DNA of 64,000 bases from Prorocentrum cordatum (lineage: Eukaryota), in assembly GCA_963575745.1 (NCBI GenBank), contig CAUYUJ010000226.1, forward strand, positions 1 to 64,000, given 5' to 3'. Position numbers and translations under genes: made by a program. Below, in pieces: positions 47,104 through 59,420 of the stretch. Below the pieces are notes generated by a model that saw only the letters and a list, made by a program, of their open reading frames with translations, was not told the origin of the DNA and searched no databases. How positions within the stretch are numbered: the stretch's first letter is position 1; each line of letters starts with the position of its first letter.

Positions 47104-47302
47104 TTGAGGATGACGATGGTGAGGATGATAATGATGACGGTGGTGATGATGATGTTGATGATGGTGGTAGTGACAATGACGACGATACTTGTGGTGTTAG
47201 AGGTGGTGGTCGGGATGGGGATGGGGACGGGGATGTTGATGATGATGATGATGACGATGATGATGCTGATGATGATGGCGATTATGATGCTGATGATGCC
47301 GG

Positions 47303-47350
<48 letters not shown>

Positions 47351-48160
47351 CGATGTTGATTATGATGATGCGGACGATGATGACGATGATGGTGATGCTG
47401 GTGCTGCTGCTGGTGAGGCCGATGACGATGATGGTGATGGTGACGAAGATGATGATGATGCTTATAGTGATCATGATGATGAGGGTAAGAATGCTGACGC
47501 TGCTGTTTTTGATGATGATGATGGTGATGATGATGGTGATGGTGTTGGTGCTGGTCATGATGAACATGACGCTGCTGTTTTTTTGTGAGGATGAGGATGA
47601 GGGTGATGATGAGTATGATGCTGACGATGAGGAGTTATAGTGGGATGAGGATGAGGATGCGGATGGTGATGCTGATGATGATGACGATGATGCCAATAGT
47701 CACGATGATGTTGCTGATGATGATGATGACGATGATACGAATGATCATGATGAGGATGGTGACGATGTTGATGATAATGAGGCTGGTGATGATGATGAAG
47801 ATCATGGTACTGAGAATGCTGTTGATGATGGTCATGATGGTAATGATGGTGATGGTAATGCTGGTCATGATGATGTTAATGAGACTGATGATGCTCATGA
47901 TACTGATGATGACACTGATGCTACTGATGCTGATGATAATCGTGATGATGCTGCTGCTAATGTTGATGATGCTGTGCTTGTTGGTGATAGTGTAACTGTT
48001 GCTGCTGCTGCTGCTGATGATAATGATGAATATGATGCTGTTGTTGATGATGATGGTGGTGGTGGAGATGTGCATATGATGATGTTGAGGTTGATGCTGA
48101 TGTTAATGCTGCTGATGATGACGACGATGCTGCTGCTGATGATGATGATGGTGATGATGA
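47100..48160. repeat. Degenerate (GAT)n microsatellite
   Basis: Directly visible. Confidence 0.96.
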
Positions 48161-49527
48161 AACGGTCCGCGCTGGCTCCAGAAGTCAGAGCCGCTGGATG
48201 CTCTGACATTCCCGGGAAGCCTGCCGAGCCAATCGCATACTTGCATCCATCTCATATTAGAGGGAGGGGAGGAAGGAGGGGGGCTCGGGATGCCATCGGC
48301 CGCGAGGTCAGGGGGCTGGAGAAGAGGGCTTCTCACTCGTCATTTCTCAGCGCACATCACAGGATGGGGCCAGAGTGGGTGTCAGAGTCCCCGAGGACAC
48401 CCCAGTCGGCGGACAGGGGAGGACTCGGCGCGATGGGCGGGGTTGATGTTGGGAGAGGCAGGACGTCAGAGATCTGGCGCGGTTGCGCCCAGCGTTTCCT
48501 CACCCATGTCTCTCTCTCTCTCTCGTGATTTCTATGCCTCTCTCTCTCTCCTTTCCGCTCTCGCTCTCCCACCCCTCTCGCTCTCTCGCCCTCTCCCTCC
48601 CTCTCTCTCTCTCGATATTCATCTGATGCCCCGATCCTTCCCTGCATCGGGGGGGGGCAGGGTCGCGCCCTGCACCCGCGTGGCCCGTGCTCTCCTTCCC
48701 CCTCCCGGGAGGGCACCGACCGTGCCCTCTCTCTCCGCCGGCCTTGGCCTGGCCGAGCTGCGCGTGGATCGGGGATGTCCGGCAGCGGAGCAGCGGCGCC
48801 TCGCGATCCTGCTCAGGGCGCGCTCCCTCTTCCCTCCTTCCTCCTCCTTCCTCCTCCTCCCTCCTCCCTCCTCCTCCTCCTCCTCCTCCTCTCCTTCCTC
48901 CTCCTCCTCCCCTCCTCTGCTCCTTCTCCTCCTCTCCTCCTTCTTTTCCTCTCCTCCTCCTCCTCCTCCTCTCCTCCTCTCCCTCTCCTCCTTCTTTTCC
49001 TCCTCCTCCTCCTCCTCCTCCTCTCTCCTCCTCCCCCTATCCTCCTACCTCCTCCTCCTCCTCCTGCTCCTCCTCCTTCTCCTCCTCCTTCTCCTCCTCC
49101 TCCGCACCCAGGAAGGATGGAGGAGGGCTTCGGTTACCTCCCCCACGGCAGGAGCCCAGGACCTGGAGCCCAGGAGGAAGCGCAAGGTGCCACAAAATCT
49201 CCGACGATGTCAAGCACCCCCCCTGTTACAGTGGAAACCCATGCCAAGGAACAGCCTGCTTGTTTCCAGGGAGCCCTGGGTTTCTTCGGTCTCGATGGAT
49301 TTGCTATGGAACGCGTGACGCTCCCACACCAAAAGTCAGAGGACGTCCTGGGGTCTCAGGGTTTAATTTCTTGTGGAAAGGTTCCTGTGGTCGAGCTCCT
49401 ACTGTGCCCTCTCAATGCTGTCTTTCGCATCGACCAGCGTCGAATAGCGTCTGGGAGTCGAGAAGGTAGCGCCGATGTAACGTAGGTCAGCGTCGATTGA
49501 GCGTCGATGCGAGCCGACTAGCGGCTA

Positions 49528-49692
49528 CACCTTAGGCGATGCTTAAGAAAACCTATTTCTTTGGCCAGAGTCTTGATTATTCTTAATGTTTCAATGTAAA
49601 TCCTAAGATTTGAGTGGAAATTTTGGGTTTTTACTCAAGTTCTGAGACTATGAATTTCTTAACCCATGATTTCTTAAGCATTTCGCATGGTG
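49528..49692. mobile_element. AT-rich ~165-bp MITE, copy 2 (TA flanks)
   Basis: Colinear with 43842-44005, with ends TA|CAC...GTG|TA. Confidence 0.85.
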
Positions 49693-50784
49693 TATGGTAT
49701 GGGAGGCTCCCGTGGGCTGCCACCGAAGGGATGTGGGTGCAGGCGCCTCCCCGCCCAAGCCGGGAGGGCGCACAGCGAAGACGCCCGGGCGGGTGGTAGT
49801 GCAGGGCGGCTTCGTTGGGGAATGAAAGAAAGGGCCCTGCCCTGAGATCCTGGCGACCCTGTTTTAACAGGGGTTATGTCGACCCCTATCCCAGGCTTCG
49901 TGGGGATTCCGAATGGACCAGAAATTTGGGGCCTAACCCTGGGATATACGATGGGGGGGTGTCCATTCTCGATAGGGGTGCGTCCGAATAGCCCCCTTGG
50001 GGTGTATCCCAAGGTTTTCCCATTCTTCTGAGCGGCCAGACTTTTCGGGCGAAACTCGGGGATTGGGGGAGAAACATCGCCCGCGATGTTTGTTTGTTCG
50101 GGCCGGGCGGCTTCGCCCAGTTTCGGGCCCCGAGACCCTCACATATCCATCGGGCTCGGAACATGACGCAGGAAGATGGGGTCTAGGGCTTCCGTCGTGA
50201 TTTCTCAAGCTGGTTCATTGTTTTGCGAGACGTCGGATCTCAGGGTCAAGGGGCCCTCTGGGGCCCCTGTTGGGCCCCTGTTGTCTCCAAATGAGGCCCT
50301 CAGGGGCCCCCTTCGAGGGCTTTTCCCTCTCCCCCCCCCCACGTGTGTCACCCCCTCCCTTCCTCCCTCCTTGTCCTCCTTGTCCTCCTCCTCCTTGTCC
50401 TCCCTCATCCCTCTTCCTCCCCCTCCTTGTCCTCCTCCTCCTTGTCCCTCCCCCCCTCCTTGTCCTCCCTCCTCCCTCTTCCCCTCCTCCTCCTCCTCCT
50501 CCTCCTCCTCCTCCTCCTCCTCCCTCCCTTTCTGTTCCTCCTCGTCCTTGCCTCCCTCTTGACGACCGCCCGCCCGCGACGCCGAAGCCGGGGCCCCTCT
50601 CGGCTCAGGAGGGGCCCGCAGGGCAGCACGCGTGCATGCCCTCTTCCCCGCCCGGCGGGGGCCGGCCCCTCTGCCGGCGGGGCGCGTCGGAGTGCGGGCG
50701 CCTCCCCGCCCGGGCCGGGGGGGCGCGCAGGGAGGGCGCCGAGCTCCTCGGCGCCCAGGGAGGTGCTGCTTTCCAGGGGAAGCA

Positions 50785-50855
50785 GGCGACGACGATGACG
50801 ACGAAGACGACGCCGGCGGCCGCGGCGACGACGGCGACGGCCGCGGCGACAACGG

Positions 50856-50890
<35 letters not shown>

Positions 50891-50907
50891 GCGGCGGCGG
50901 CGATGGC

Positions 50908-50938
<31 letters not shown>

Positions 50939-51015
50939 ACGACGACGGCGGCGACGACGGCGGCGACGACGACGACGACGACAACGACGACGACGGCGTC
51001 GAGGACGACGACGGG
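50785..51015. repeat. (GAC/GGC)n microsatellite
   Basis: Directly visible. Confidence 0.92.
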
Positions 51016-52085
51016 GGAGCCTTGGGCTCGTTGGGGCGCCTTTGGGCTCGGGAGGGGCTCGGGTAGGTCGTTCGGCGCCCTCGGGCTCCGTGTGGGCCCG
51101 CTCGCCGCAGCTCGGCGAGGGGCCCCGCGGGGAGTGCGCGCCGGCGCCCCGGGGCTCGGCAGGGGCCCGGGCGCTCGGGCCGCTCCTCAGCCCCCATGCA
51201 GGTGCGCGGCCCGGGCTCGGCCGGCCGGGGGCCGCCGAGAGCGGCCCCTCCCGCGCGGCTGGGTCGGCCACCCCCCGCCCCGCCCTGGTCGCCGCCGTAG
51301 GGTCCGTGGCCTCGTCACGGGTGGCTCTTCTCGCCCTGCCCCCCGGCCCGGCCTGTCTGTTAGCGGTCGCTTCCCTTCCCCTCCTCCTTGTCCTCCTCCT
51401 CCTCCTCCTCGTCCTTTTTGTCCTCCTCCTCCTCCTCCTCCTCCTCCTCCTCCTCCTCCTCCTCCTCCTCCTCCTCTCTCCTCCTCCTCCTCCTCTCTCC
51501 TCCTCCTCCTCCTCTCTCCCCTTCTGTTCCTCCTCTTCCTTGCTTCCCTCCCTTTCCTTTCCTCCTGCTCCAGGCCTGCTGTCTCCGCCTGGCCCCTCTT
51601 CTGCCTTACCGCCCGCCCCGCTGGCCCTGGCCTCCCGCCTGCGCGTTCGTCGTCGTCCGCTTGCTTCTCCCCTCCTCGTCCCTTTCTCGGCCTCTGGGGG
51701 CCCTGACCGGGCCCTCGGGGCCGCCAAGGAAGGACTCGGGACCCGGGACGAAGCGCTGGTCCCAGGAGCGGGCCCGGACCGCTGGGCATCCACGCCGTGG
51801 AAACATCTTGACGTCGGTGGTCAGAGCACGCAGGTGCTCCAAGTCCCTCCCTCCCCGCCCCCCCGGGCTTCAGGCGGCCATTCGGGACGCTCCTGGTAAG
51901 CCCCGGAGCGCTCTCGGCGAGGCGCAGCCGCCGAAAAAGGACCCCGGGCAAACTTACAAAAATCAGTGAGACCTTCCGAGACGAGGGCTTCCTGGGAGGC
52001 CCAAGCAGGCGAACAGAAGCGTTGGAAGGTCAGCGGCATCGGCACCTTCTCATCGGACCCTCCCCGCCTGGCCAACCGCGGCGAG

Positions 52086-52165
52086 TCCATCAGCGTCTGC
52101 CTCCTGCTCGCGGCCGTGTGCTTCACGGGGCAGGCCCTGCTGCCGGAGCGCGCGGACGCGCCCAG
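52086..52165 (+). CDS. EamA-like transporter exon, TM2 and loop (SISVCLLLAAVCFTGQALLPERADAP-R)
   Basis: GAG acceptor and AG|GA donor. Phase 0 in and phase 2 out match both neighbours, and the exon encodes a hydrophobic helix. Confidence 0.85.
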
Positions 52166-53117
52166 GAGACCGTGCCCTCGCCGCCCCCCCGCGTTCAGGG
52201 GCACCGTGGGGGGGGGATATGGCTCCGGGAGGGACGCCTCGCCCAGTGATCGCCGATGGGAGCCCGATAGCCCACGCCGCCCAGGACCCTGCGGAGTCGC
52301 TGTCCGGGGCCCTAGTGCTTCTCTCTATCGGCGATGTGCCGCCGGTTCCGGGCCGATGTGCCGGGTCCTTCTGAGATTGGCATCGTTTTCTCTCGATGCG
52401 GGCCTCCCGACCTCAAGTACCTCCTAAAATTCTGAGGGCGCATCCCTACTATTGTCATCGCCCTTGAGCTTGTCAACATCCTGGCGACTGAACTTCCTCT
52501 CGCGGGGCGCTGTCGCCCAGTTTCGGGCCGCGGGATCCTCGCAGATCGATCTGGCTCGAAAAATGGCGCAGATGGGGCCCAGGCCTTTGGTGTCGTGCTG
52601 TATGGTGGTGCTTTCTAACTAATCTAGGACAGGGATAGGGATCAAAACATGGACAGGGATAGGGACAGGGACAGGGGCAGACAATGGCACATGGATAGGG
52701 ACAGGAACGGCAGTGAAGGCCAGGGGAGGCAACGGAGCTCAGTGGCACCTCCGTTCGGCCCGATGTCTTTGAGCTTTGGCACCTTCGAATCGCACCTGCG
52801 CGGGAGCGCGCGGGACAGGAGGGGATGGGAAGGACGTCGGGTCAGGTGCCGCGCGGGCCGCCGCCGGCGAGACGACGTCCTGACGTTCTTTCCTTCCGTG
52901 CGCGGCCCCCTCAAGTGCCCCCCCTCCCCTCGAGTGTTGAAGGGTCCCCAGGCCCAGCGAGGGCCCCCGGGAGGCCGACGGACTCCCCCGTCGTTTTCTT
53001 TCCCTGTGCGACGCGATCCTGTCTGTGGAAGCTGTCGGCACCTGGCGTGGCTCGTTCCCTGAGCGCGCCTTGGGGGAACCGCCGCTCTCTGCGAGCCCTC
53101 CGACCCTCGGGCTCCTC

Positions 53118-53284
53118 TAGGGCGACGATATCTATACATATCCACTGCTCCTGGCCAGGCCAATCCTGGGCCCAGGAGCGGTGTATACGCCCTCCTGGCT
53201 TGGCCAGGGAGGCATCTACACCGCTCCTGGGCCCAGGATGGGCCTGGCCAGGAGCAGTGGATATGCATAGATCTCGTCGCCCTA
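53118..53284. mobile_element. 167-bp foldback element with TA ends
   Basis: TAGGGCGACGATATCTATACATATCCACTGCTCCTGGCCAGGCC... pairs with ...GGCCTGGCCAGGAGCAGTGGATATGCATAGATCTCGTCGCCCTA. Confidence 0.88.
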
Positions 53285-54019
53285 TCCTCGGAGTCGATCC
53301 TCGGTCAGCGGCCTGGCTCCTCCAGGAAGCGCCCGCTCACCGCAACGGGCGCGCCGGCGGACGGTCGTGGCGCGGGCCCTTTCGCGGCGCTGCCGCGGCC
53401 CCGCCCTGCTGCTGCAGACTGCAGAGGCAACGCGGCGGCCCTGCAGCGGTGTTCCTGCAGACCCCACCTCTGCCTCCTCCTCCTCGTCTTCTTCCTCCTC
53501 CTCATCTTCTTCCTCCTCCTCCTCATCTTCCTCCTCCTCCTCCTCCTCCTCCTCCTCATATCCTCCTCCTTCGATCCTCCTCCTCCTCCTCCTCCTCCTC
53601 TTTCCCTTACAGGAGGAGGAAGAAGATGGGGGCGACCTCAGGAGAGGGAAGAATAGGAGGAAGAGGAGGAGGAGGAGGAGGAGGAGGAGGAGGAGGAGGA
53701 GGAGGAGGACAGGAGGAGGAGGAGGAGGAGGAGCAGGAGGAGGAGGAGGAGGAGGAGCAGGAGGAGGAACAGGAGGAGGAGGAGGAGGAGGAGGAGGAGG
53801 ACAGGAGGACAGAAGGAGGGGGAAGAGGAGGACGAGGAACACGAGGAGGAGGACGAGGAGGACGAAGGAAGATGGGGACGAGGACGAGGAGGACGAAGGA
53901 AGATGGGGACGAGGACTGGCGACCGCGAGGAGGGAGGGGCATCGAGCCGCCCACTCCCGCGCGCCGCCAGCGTCGGGGGGGGGGGCTGGCAGACCCGCTC
54001 CGTGCGCGCGGGCGGCGAG

Positions 54020-54056
54020 GATACTGCTCGGCGGCCTGTCCTTCTTCACGAACCAG
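54020..54056 (+). CDS. EamA-like transporter exon, TM3 (R-ILLGGLSFFTNQ)
   Basis: GAG acceptor and AG|GC donor. It supplies the NQ preceding the ..F.GLK motif typical of WAT1-like DMTs. Confidence 0.85.
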
Positions 54057-55250
54057 GCCGCCGCAGGGGGGGGCAGGTCGAATCCATGTCGTCGTCGCCG
54101 GCGTCGTCGTCCTCCTCCTCCTCCTCCTTTTTCCTCCTCCTCCTCCTCCTTGCTCTTCGTCGTCTTTTTGCCTCTCCTCTCTTCCTCCCCTTCGCGCCGC
54201 CCCTTGGGTGAGAATCTGAGAACGACACCGTCCAAGCCTTCTGGGAGGGCCTCGATTTCGTGACGGTAGGCATGGGCTGCAGAAGCGAGGGCCGCTAAGA
54301 TACTCTTGGAACATTCTGACGCGCATCCTGAGCCAAGCCTCTCTCGGGGGTGGACAGAACCCCCAACAGTGACACGTCGATTAGTGAATTGTCCGTTTTC
54401 GGTTTTCGAGAGGGCGCGGTGGCCGTTATTTTCCAGGTTTGCGCCCGCCATGTTTGGGCCCGAGGTCGTTTTCTTTAAACCACGTTTTACTAAAGGGAGG
54501 TCTGTCCATCCCCGACTCTCATGACATCGGTCCCGTCGTATCCTCCCTCAGAGAAGGACAAGGGGGCGCTACCTGTCCCTCGTTTTTCGCCTCTTTGGAC
54601 CACCTAGGAGGGCTCGTCGCCACGGCTGGCATCGCATCGAAATCCTGGTCAGAACGTACCTCAGGAGATGTCCTGGGAGTAGCGGTATCGGTACCTTTTC
54701 GGGGTCCCCACTTCCCGCACCACAGTGTTGGACTGGAGTGCTTCCCGCCGAATCCTTCCCAGGAGAGGGGGCGAGAAAAGAGGAAGGCGAGAGGGGAAAG
54801 GGGGAAGAAAGGATGGGAGAGGCGGGGGATGGGGGAGCACGGGGGAGGGAGTGGGGTGGGGATGGGTACGGGAGAGGTGGGAGAATGTGGGAGAGAGAGA
54901 GAGAGAGAGAGAGAAGAGAGAGAGAGTGAGAGAGAGAGAGAGGAGGGTGCGTGGCTAGGAGGGGGGAGAGGGGGGGGGGAGGGAGAGGAGGGGGAGGTGC
55001 AGGTGGGAGGAGGAGGGCTCGAAGAGGCTTCCCCCCGCTTTCGTCGGGGCTCCCGGGGGGCCCGCGCGCCGGTCCACGATGGGGGCGGTCGGACACCGAT
55101 GGGGGATGCAGCCCTGCCGCAATCGAATGCTAGTGGCTGCGCTCCTCTCCCTGTCTGCATGGCGCATACGGTGTTGGCATTGCTATTCCGATTTCCCTGC
55201 ATGTGCGAGCTCGTAGCTACTCCGTGCCCATGCGCCGTCTAGGTGCGGCC

Positions 55251-55284
<34 letters not shown>

Positions 55285-55357
55285 TGCCAGCGCTTCTCGG
55301 GCCCTCTCCCCCCGCTGCTCCCTCGACGGTGCCTGGTGCCCCTCCGCGCGCGCCGAG

Positions 55358-55440
55358 ATCGCCTGGTTCGTCGGCCTGAAGCTGGCCGACCCGGTCGCCG
55401 GCTCGGCCTGGCAGGCCTTCCTGCCCATCATGACCACCGG
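55358..55440 (+). CDS. EamA-like transporter exon, TM3-TM4 (IAWFVGLKLADPVAGSAWQAFLPIMTT-G)
   Basis: EamA core pattern (F.GLK...P...SA.....PI.T). GAG acceptor and G|GC donor. Confidence 0.9.
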
Positions 55441-55479
55441 GCTCCGACCCCCTGCCGCGGCCCCCCTCCCCATGCCCTG

Positions 55480-55684
55480 GACGCCCGAAATGGGTACGGA
55501 AAGAATGGGTACAATGCCCAACAGCAGTTCCTGTTCATTTTGAACAGGACTCGCTGTCCGCGCCGCCGCGGCCTGTGTCCAGTCGAGTCAGAGGGCCCTC
55601 TGCCCAGCAGCGGCCGCTGTTGGTTTGGGACAACATTTGTTGTTGGGCACAGTACCCATTTTTTCCGTGCCCATTTCGGGCGTC
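55480..55684. mobile_element. ~205-bp MITE-like element with ~45-bp TIRs
   Basis: GACGCCCGAAATGGGTACGGAAAGAATGGGTACAATGCCCAACA pairs with TGTTGGGCACAGTACCCATTTTTTCCGTGCCCATTTCGGGCGTC. Confidence 0.85.
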
Positions 55685-58319
55685 GAAACATGCAGAGAGA
55701 AAGAGAGCGAGAGAGAGAGAGGACGCTCCAACAAAAATTGGAGCGGCGGGTGTGGGGCCGCTTCTGTCCCGAGGGGGCCCTCGCCGGGCCTCGGGACGAA
55801 CAACGGGCCCCAGGGAAGTGGTCCAGACCTCAGGGGACCACGCGGCGACGCAATTGGAGCGGCCAGATGTCTGGGTCGGCAGCGATTTGTGGATCGCTCC
55901 CGAGCCGGGTCTCGTTTCGCACTCAAGTTTCCATCGCAGCAGGGTTGTGTTGTCGTCTTTGAGCCGTTCACAGTCGGGCCGGAGAGACGAGGAACGATCA
56001 GTAAGGAGCGACGCCCCTTCCTTGGCCCCCAGAGCGCATGTGTGTACAAGGTTGGCCACTGGAGGAACAGCCATGGAAGGACCGAAGGAACATCGCTCCC
56101 CTGCCGACCCACAGTCAACACGCCAAGCAAGGGGACGCGTCTTCGTCTAGGGTATATATATATATATATAAAAGCTAAAATAGCTGTGCCTGGCGATGAA
56201 AAAAAAACATTTTTTTACATCAAAAATAAGTAAAAAGCTGTGCCAGGCAATTTTCACTGGTCGCCCGCCGCCCAAAACGTCCCCATTTCGGCCTCCAAGG
56301 GTCTTGCGTCCTTACTACTCTTCCTTGACCCACGTTTTGACTGCAATCAATCCCTCATGCCAGCGCCTTGAGTCAAGGCGCTGGCATCGCGGCGCGCCCT
56401 GGCATCGCGTGCCCTCGTCCCACGAGGTGGAGGCACACAGCAGACGATGACCATGGCCAAGCTGTCTCGAGATTTCGTCGATGCCGATCGTGGTCTTGGT
56501 CCATCAGTGAAGGAAAAGCCACCCCGATCGCGATATTTATCACGTGCCAAACGGCCTTGGGCGCTTATTTGACAGCCCAGCCCTGCTCGATTCCTTCTTT
56601 GAATGCGTTTATCAAATTGCTTCGCTTGTCGGGGTACTTATTCTGTGAGTGGATTATCTGCTCTCCAGTCAATGCTTGCCGTCGCCATTCGCGGAGATGA
56701 TCCGGAAGTTGACTGTGAACAAGATGCACGATAACCATGGCCGACACCAGCATTTCCGCCCTCAGTCTTGGTCATGGTCCTCTTTGTATCCCCCTCCAAC
56801 ATTTCCGCCTTCAGTCTTGGCCACGGTCCTCGTTGTATCTCCCTCCATTCGGCGCCGGGATTTCCGCGTTCAGTCCTGGACATGGTCCTCGCTTCGCCCC
56901 CCGCCATTCCCGCTCCCCCGACCACTTGCCCTGTGCGGTCGTCTGTGGAGCGGCGTTTCCTGCCGATGCCCGCCGACTCTGTGTCGCTGCCGACTCTCGG
57001 CCGGTGCCTGCTGGTTCGGTGTCTGGATCGATGTGGCTCGATGTTTAGGTTCTTTGTCAACTCCTTAGTTGGTCCTGAGCAGCGCCTGGGGTGGTTTCTT
57101 TCCGCTTTCCATGTGCTCTTGCCTCGACTCAGAACGGCACCCCAGAAAGTGGTCGTCGGGCAGGCATCATTGTGATGCCGATTTTACCATGTTTGGGGAA
57201 TGTTTTCTAATGCGTGAACGCACTGCGTTGCATTTCTTTACATACTGCTCAGATGAGGAGGAGGAGGAGGAGGAGGAGGAGGAGGAGGAGGAGGAGGAGG
57301 AGGGGGGAGGGAGGGGCGGGAGAGACTAACGCTACGATCACATTCGGTCTAAGTGTGCATGACGTCAACAAAAGCACAAGGAGAGAGATTGAGGAGAGAG
57401 ATGGAGGAGAGAGATGGAGGAGTAGGACGAGGAGGAGGAGGAGGAGGAGGAGCAGGAGGTAGAGGAGGAGGAGGATGAATGACTGGGGCGACCACGAAGG
57501 CGGGGAGCGCGACGGCGAAGACATGGAGGATGAGGAGGAGGAGGAGGAGGAGGAGGAGGAGGAGGAGGAGGAGGAGGAGGAGTTGGAGGAGTTGTAAGAG
57601 GAAGAGGAGGAGCCGCGGCTAAGGCCAGCCATTACGCAAGCGCCAGCTTCTGTACACAGACGGTCGGGCAGCGGGGATGGTGCCGGGGAGGCGGGGGGGA
57701 GCAGGGCAGACGGGCCCGACACAGGCGAGCCCATGATATCCTGGCACGCCTCACAGCGCTCCCCAGCACTTTTGCTGCTTTCAACATACCGCGTGCTCCT
57801 TGATTTTTGAGTAGCATCTGCGGAGGTTGGATGCATATTAGATGGGACAAGGAACACACAACATTATATCGGACCCCGTGAACTACAGGGAGTGGCCCCA
57901 CCGCCTTTCAGCTTCCGCTTTCTGCTTTCCGCTGCCGAGTCGTGGCCCGGCTAAGAGTTTGGACGCTTTTTGACCCGTTTCACGAGGCCGCTGACCCAAA
58001 ACAGTATCCCCACCAGCCCATTAAGAAGCCCTGCCTATGAACGCTGACGGGAAAAAGGGACGAAGAGACACATCTAGGGAAACAAAGCGAGCAACCAGGG
58101 TGAACCGAGAGACCTTTGGGAGCAAGGGGTGGCCTTGGAAGGCCTCTTCGGGCCATCCCTGGGGGCCGCGTGGGTGTGAGGGGGCTGAGGAGGAGTAGCA
58201 GGAGAAGGATGAGGACGATGAGGGATAGGAGGACGAGGGCGCGGATGAGGACGAGGACGAGGAGGACGAGGACGAGGACTAGGATGAGGACGACGCGAGG
58301 ACTCATGGAACCATCTGGA

Positions 58320-58760
58320 GGTATTCTTGCGGCTGCTGCTGCTGCTGGTGCTCTCTGGGAGTTTGGGGTGCCCTCTTGGAACCCGCTTGGTAACTCTGGA
58401 GGGCTTTTTGGGGATCATCTTGGAGGCCATCGATTACAGGACGGGGGGGTCCCCAACTCAGCCCCCCTCTCAGGAGCCTGCAACCCGCTTCTTTGGGCTC
58501 TCTTGGAGCGCTCTTGGGCGCTCTTGGAGCGGTCTTAGGGGCCGTTTGGAGCATCTTGGGAGCCATCTTGAGCCAGCTTGCGCTATGTGAGCCATCTTTT
58601 AGATCATCTTCGGATCTCTGAGGCCGCTCGAGGGCCTTTGGGGGGCCTCTCGGGTGCCTCTTGGGGCTCACTTGGGACCCTCATGGAGGCCTCTTGGGGC
58701 TCTCTTGAGGCTCTCTTGGGAGCCCTGAAGCGCCTCTTGGGGCCATCTTCGAGGCTATCG
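58320..58760. repeat. CTCTTGG-rich low-complexity repeat
   Basis: Same motif family as 11740-13900 and 27760-29310. Confidence 0.75.
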
Positions 58761-58931
58761 CTCAAAGGAGGGAAGCTCCCGATCGAGGTCCCCGCCTCGG
58801 GGGCCACGATCCTCGTGAGGGGTGTCAAAGATTGGCCCTCCCAGGGGCTGATGAAGGGCCCTCCAACCATCCGCGACCCCCCCCAAAAAAAGTCCAGGGA
58901 AGGAGGTAGGGAGAGGGGTCAAGACCCCCTC

Positions 58932-59420
58932 CCCGCCCGCAAGCCGTCTCGCTCACTCCCACCCGCCCTCCCAACACATACGTAGCACCCGAGTCTGGCC
59001 CGAGCCTCAGCATATTCAGCAGTCGTCTTTGGCTGGCAGCTACTGGGGGCCAATCCGCCGCCGCCGCCGCCTCCGCCGCTGCCGCCTCCGCCGCTGCCGC
59101 CGCCGCCGCCCGCCGCTGCCCGCCGCGCCGCCGCAGCCGCAGCCGCCGCCGCCGCAGCCGCAGCAGCCGCAGCCGCAGCAGCCGCCGCCGCCGCAGCCGC
59201 CGCAACCGCCGCCACCGCCGCGTGTACTTTGTATTGATTTTTGATGGGGATGGTGGGGGGAGGCCGCATCGGGTTGGCTGCGCATGCTCAGAATTTGGAG
59301 GCCGAATGTGTTTTGTTTGGTTTTTTCACGTGGTGGTGGTTGGGGGGACCCTCATGGTTCCTGGTTGGCTACCAGTCAGTCGCCTGGGGGAGGGGGGTGC
59401 TTATTGATAGGGAACAGTGA
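58932..59420 (+). mobile_element. Dispersed repeat family C, copy 2, with a (GCC/GCA)n interior
   Basis: Ends are homologous to 46270-47103. Confidence 0.75.

Noticed and set aside
48735..48820. Extra exon (GLGLAELRVDRGCPAAEQRRLAILL) of the transporter
   Set aside because: Exons 45446-45553 and 52086-52165 already join in frame within TM2, and inserting this would break the helix. I cannot exclude it belonging to something else.
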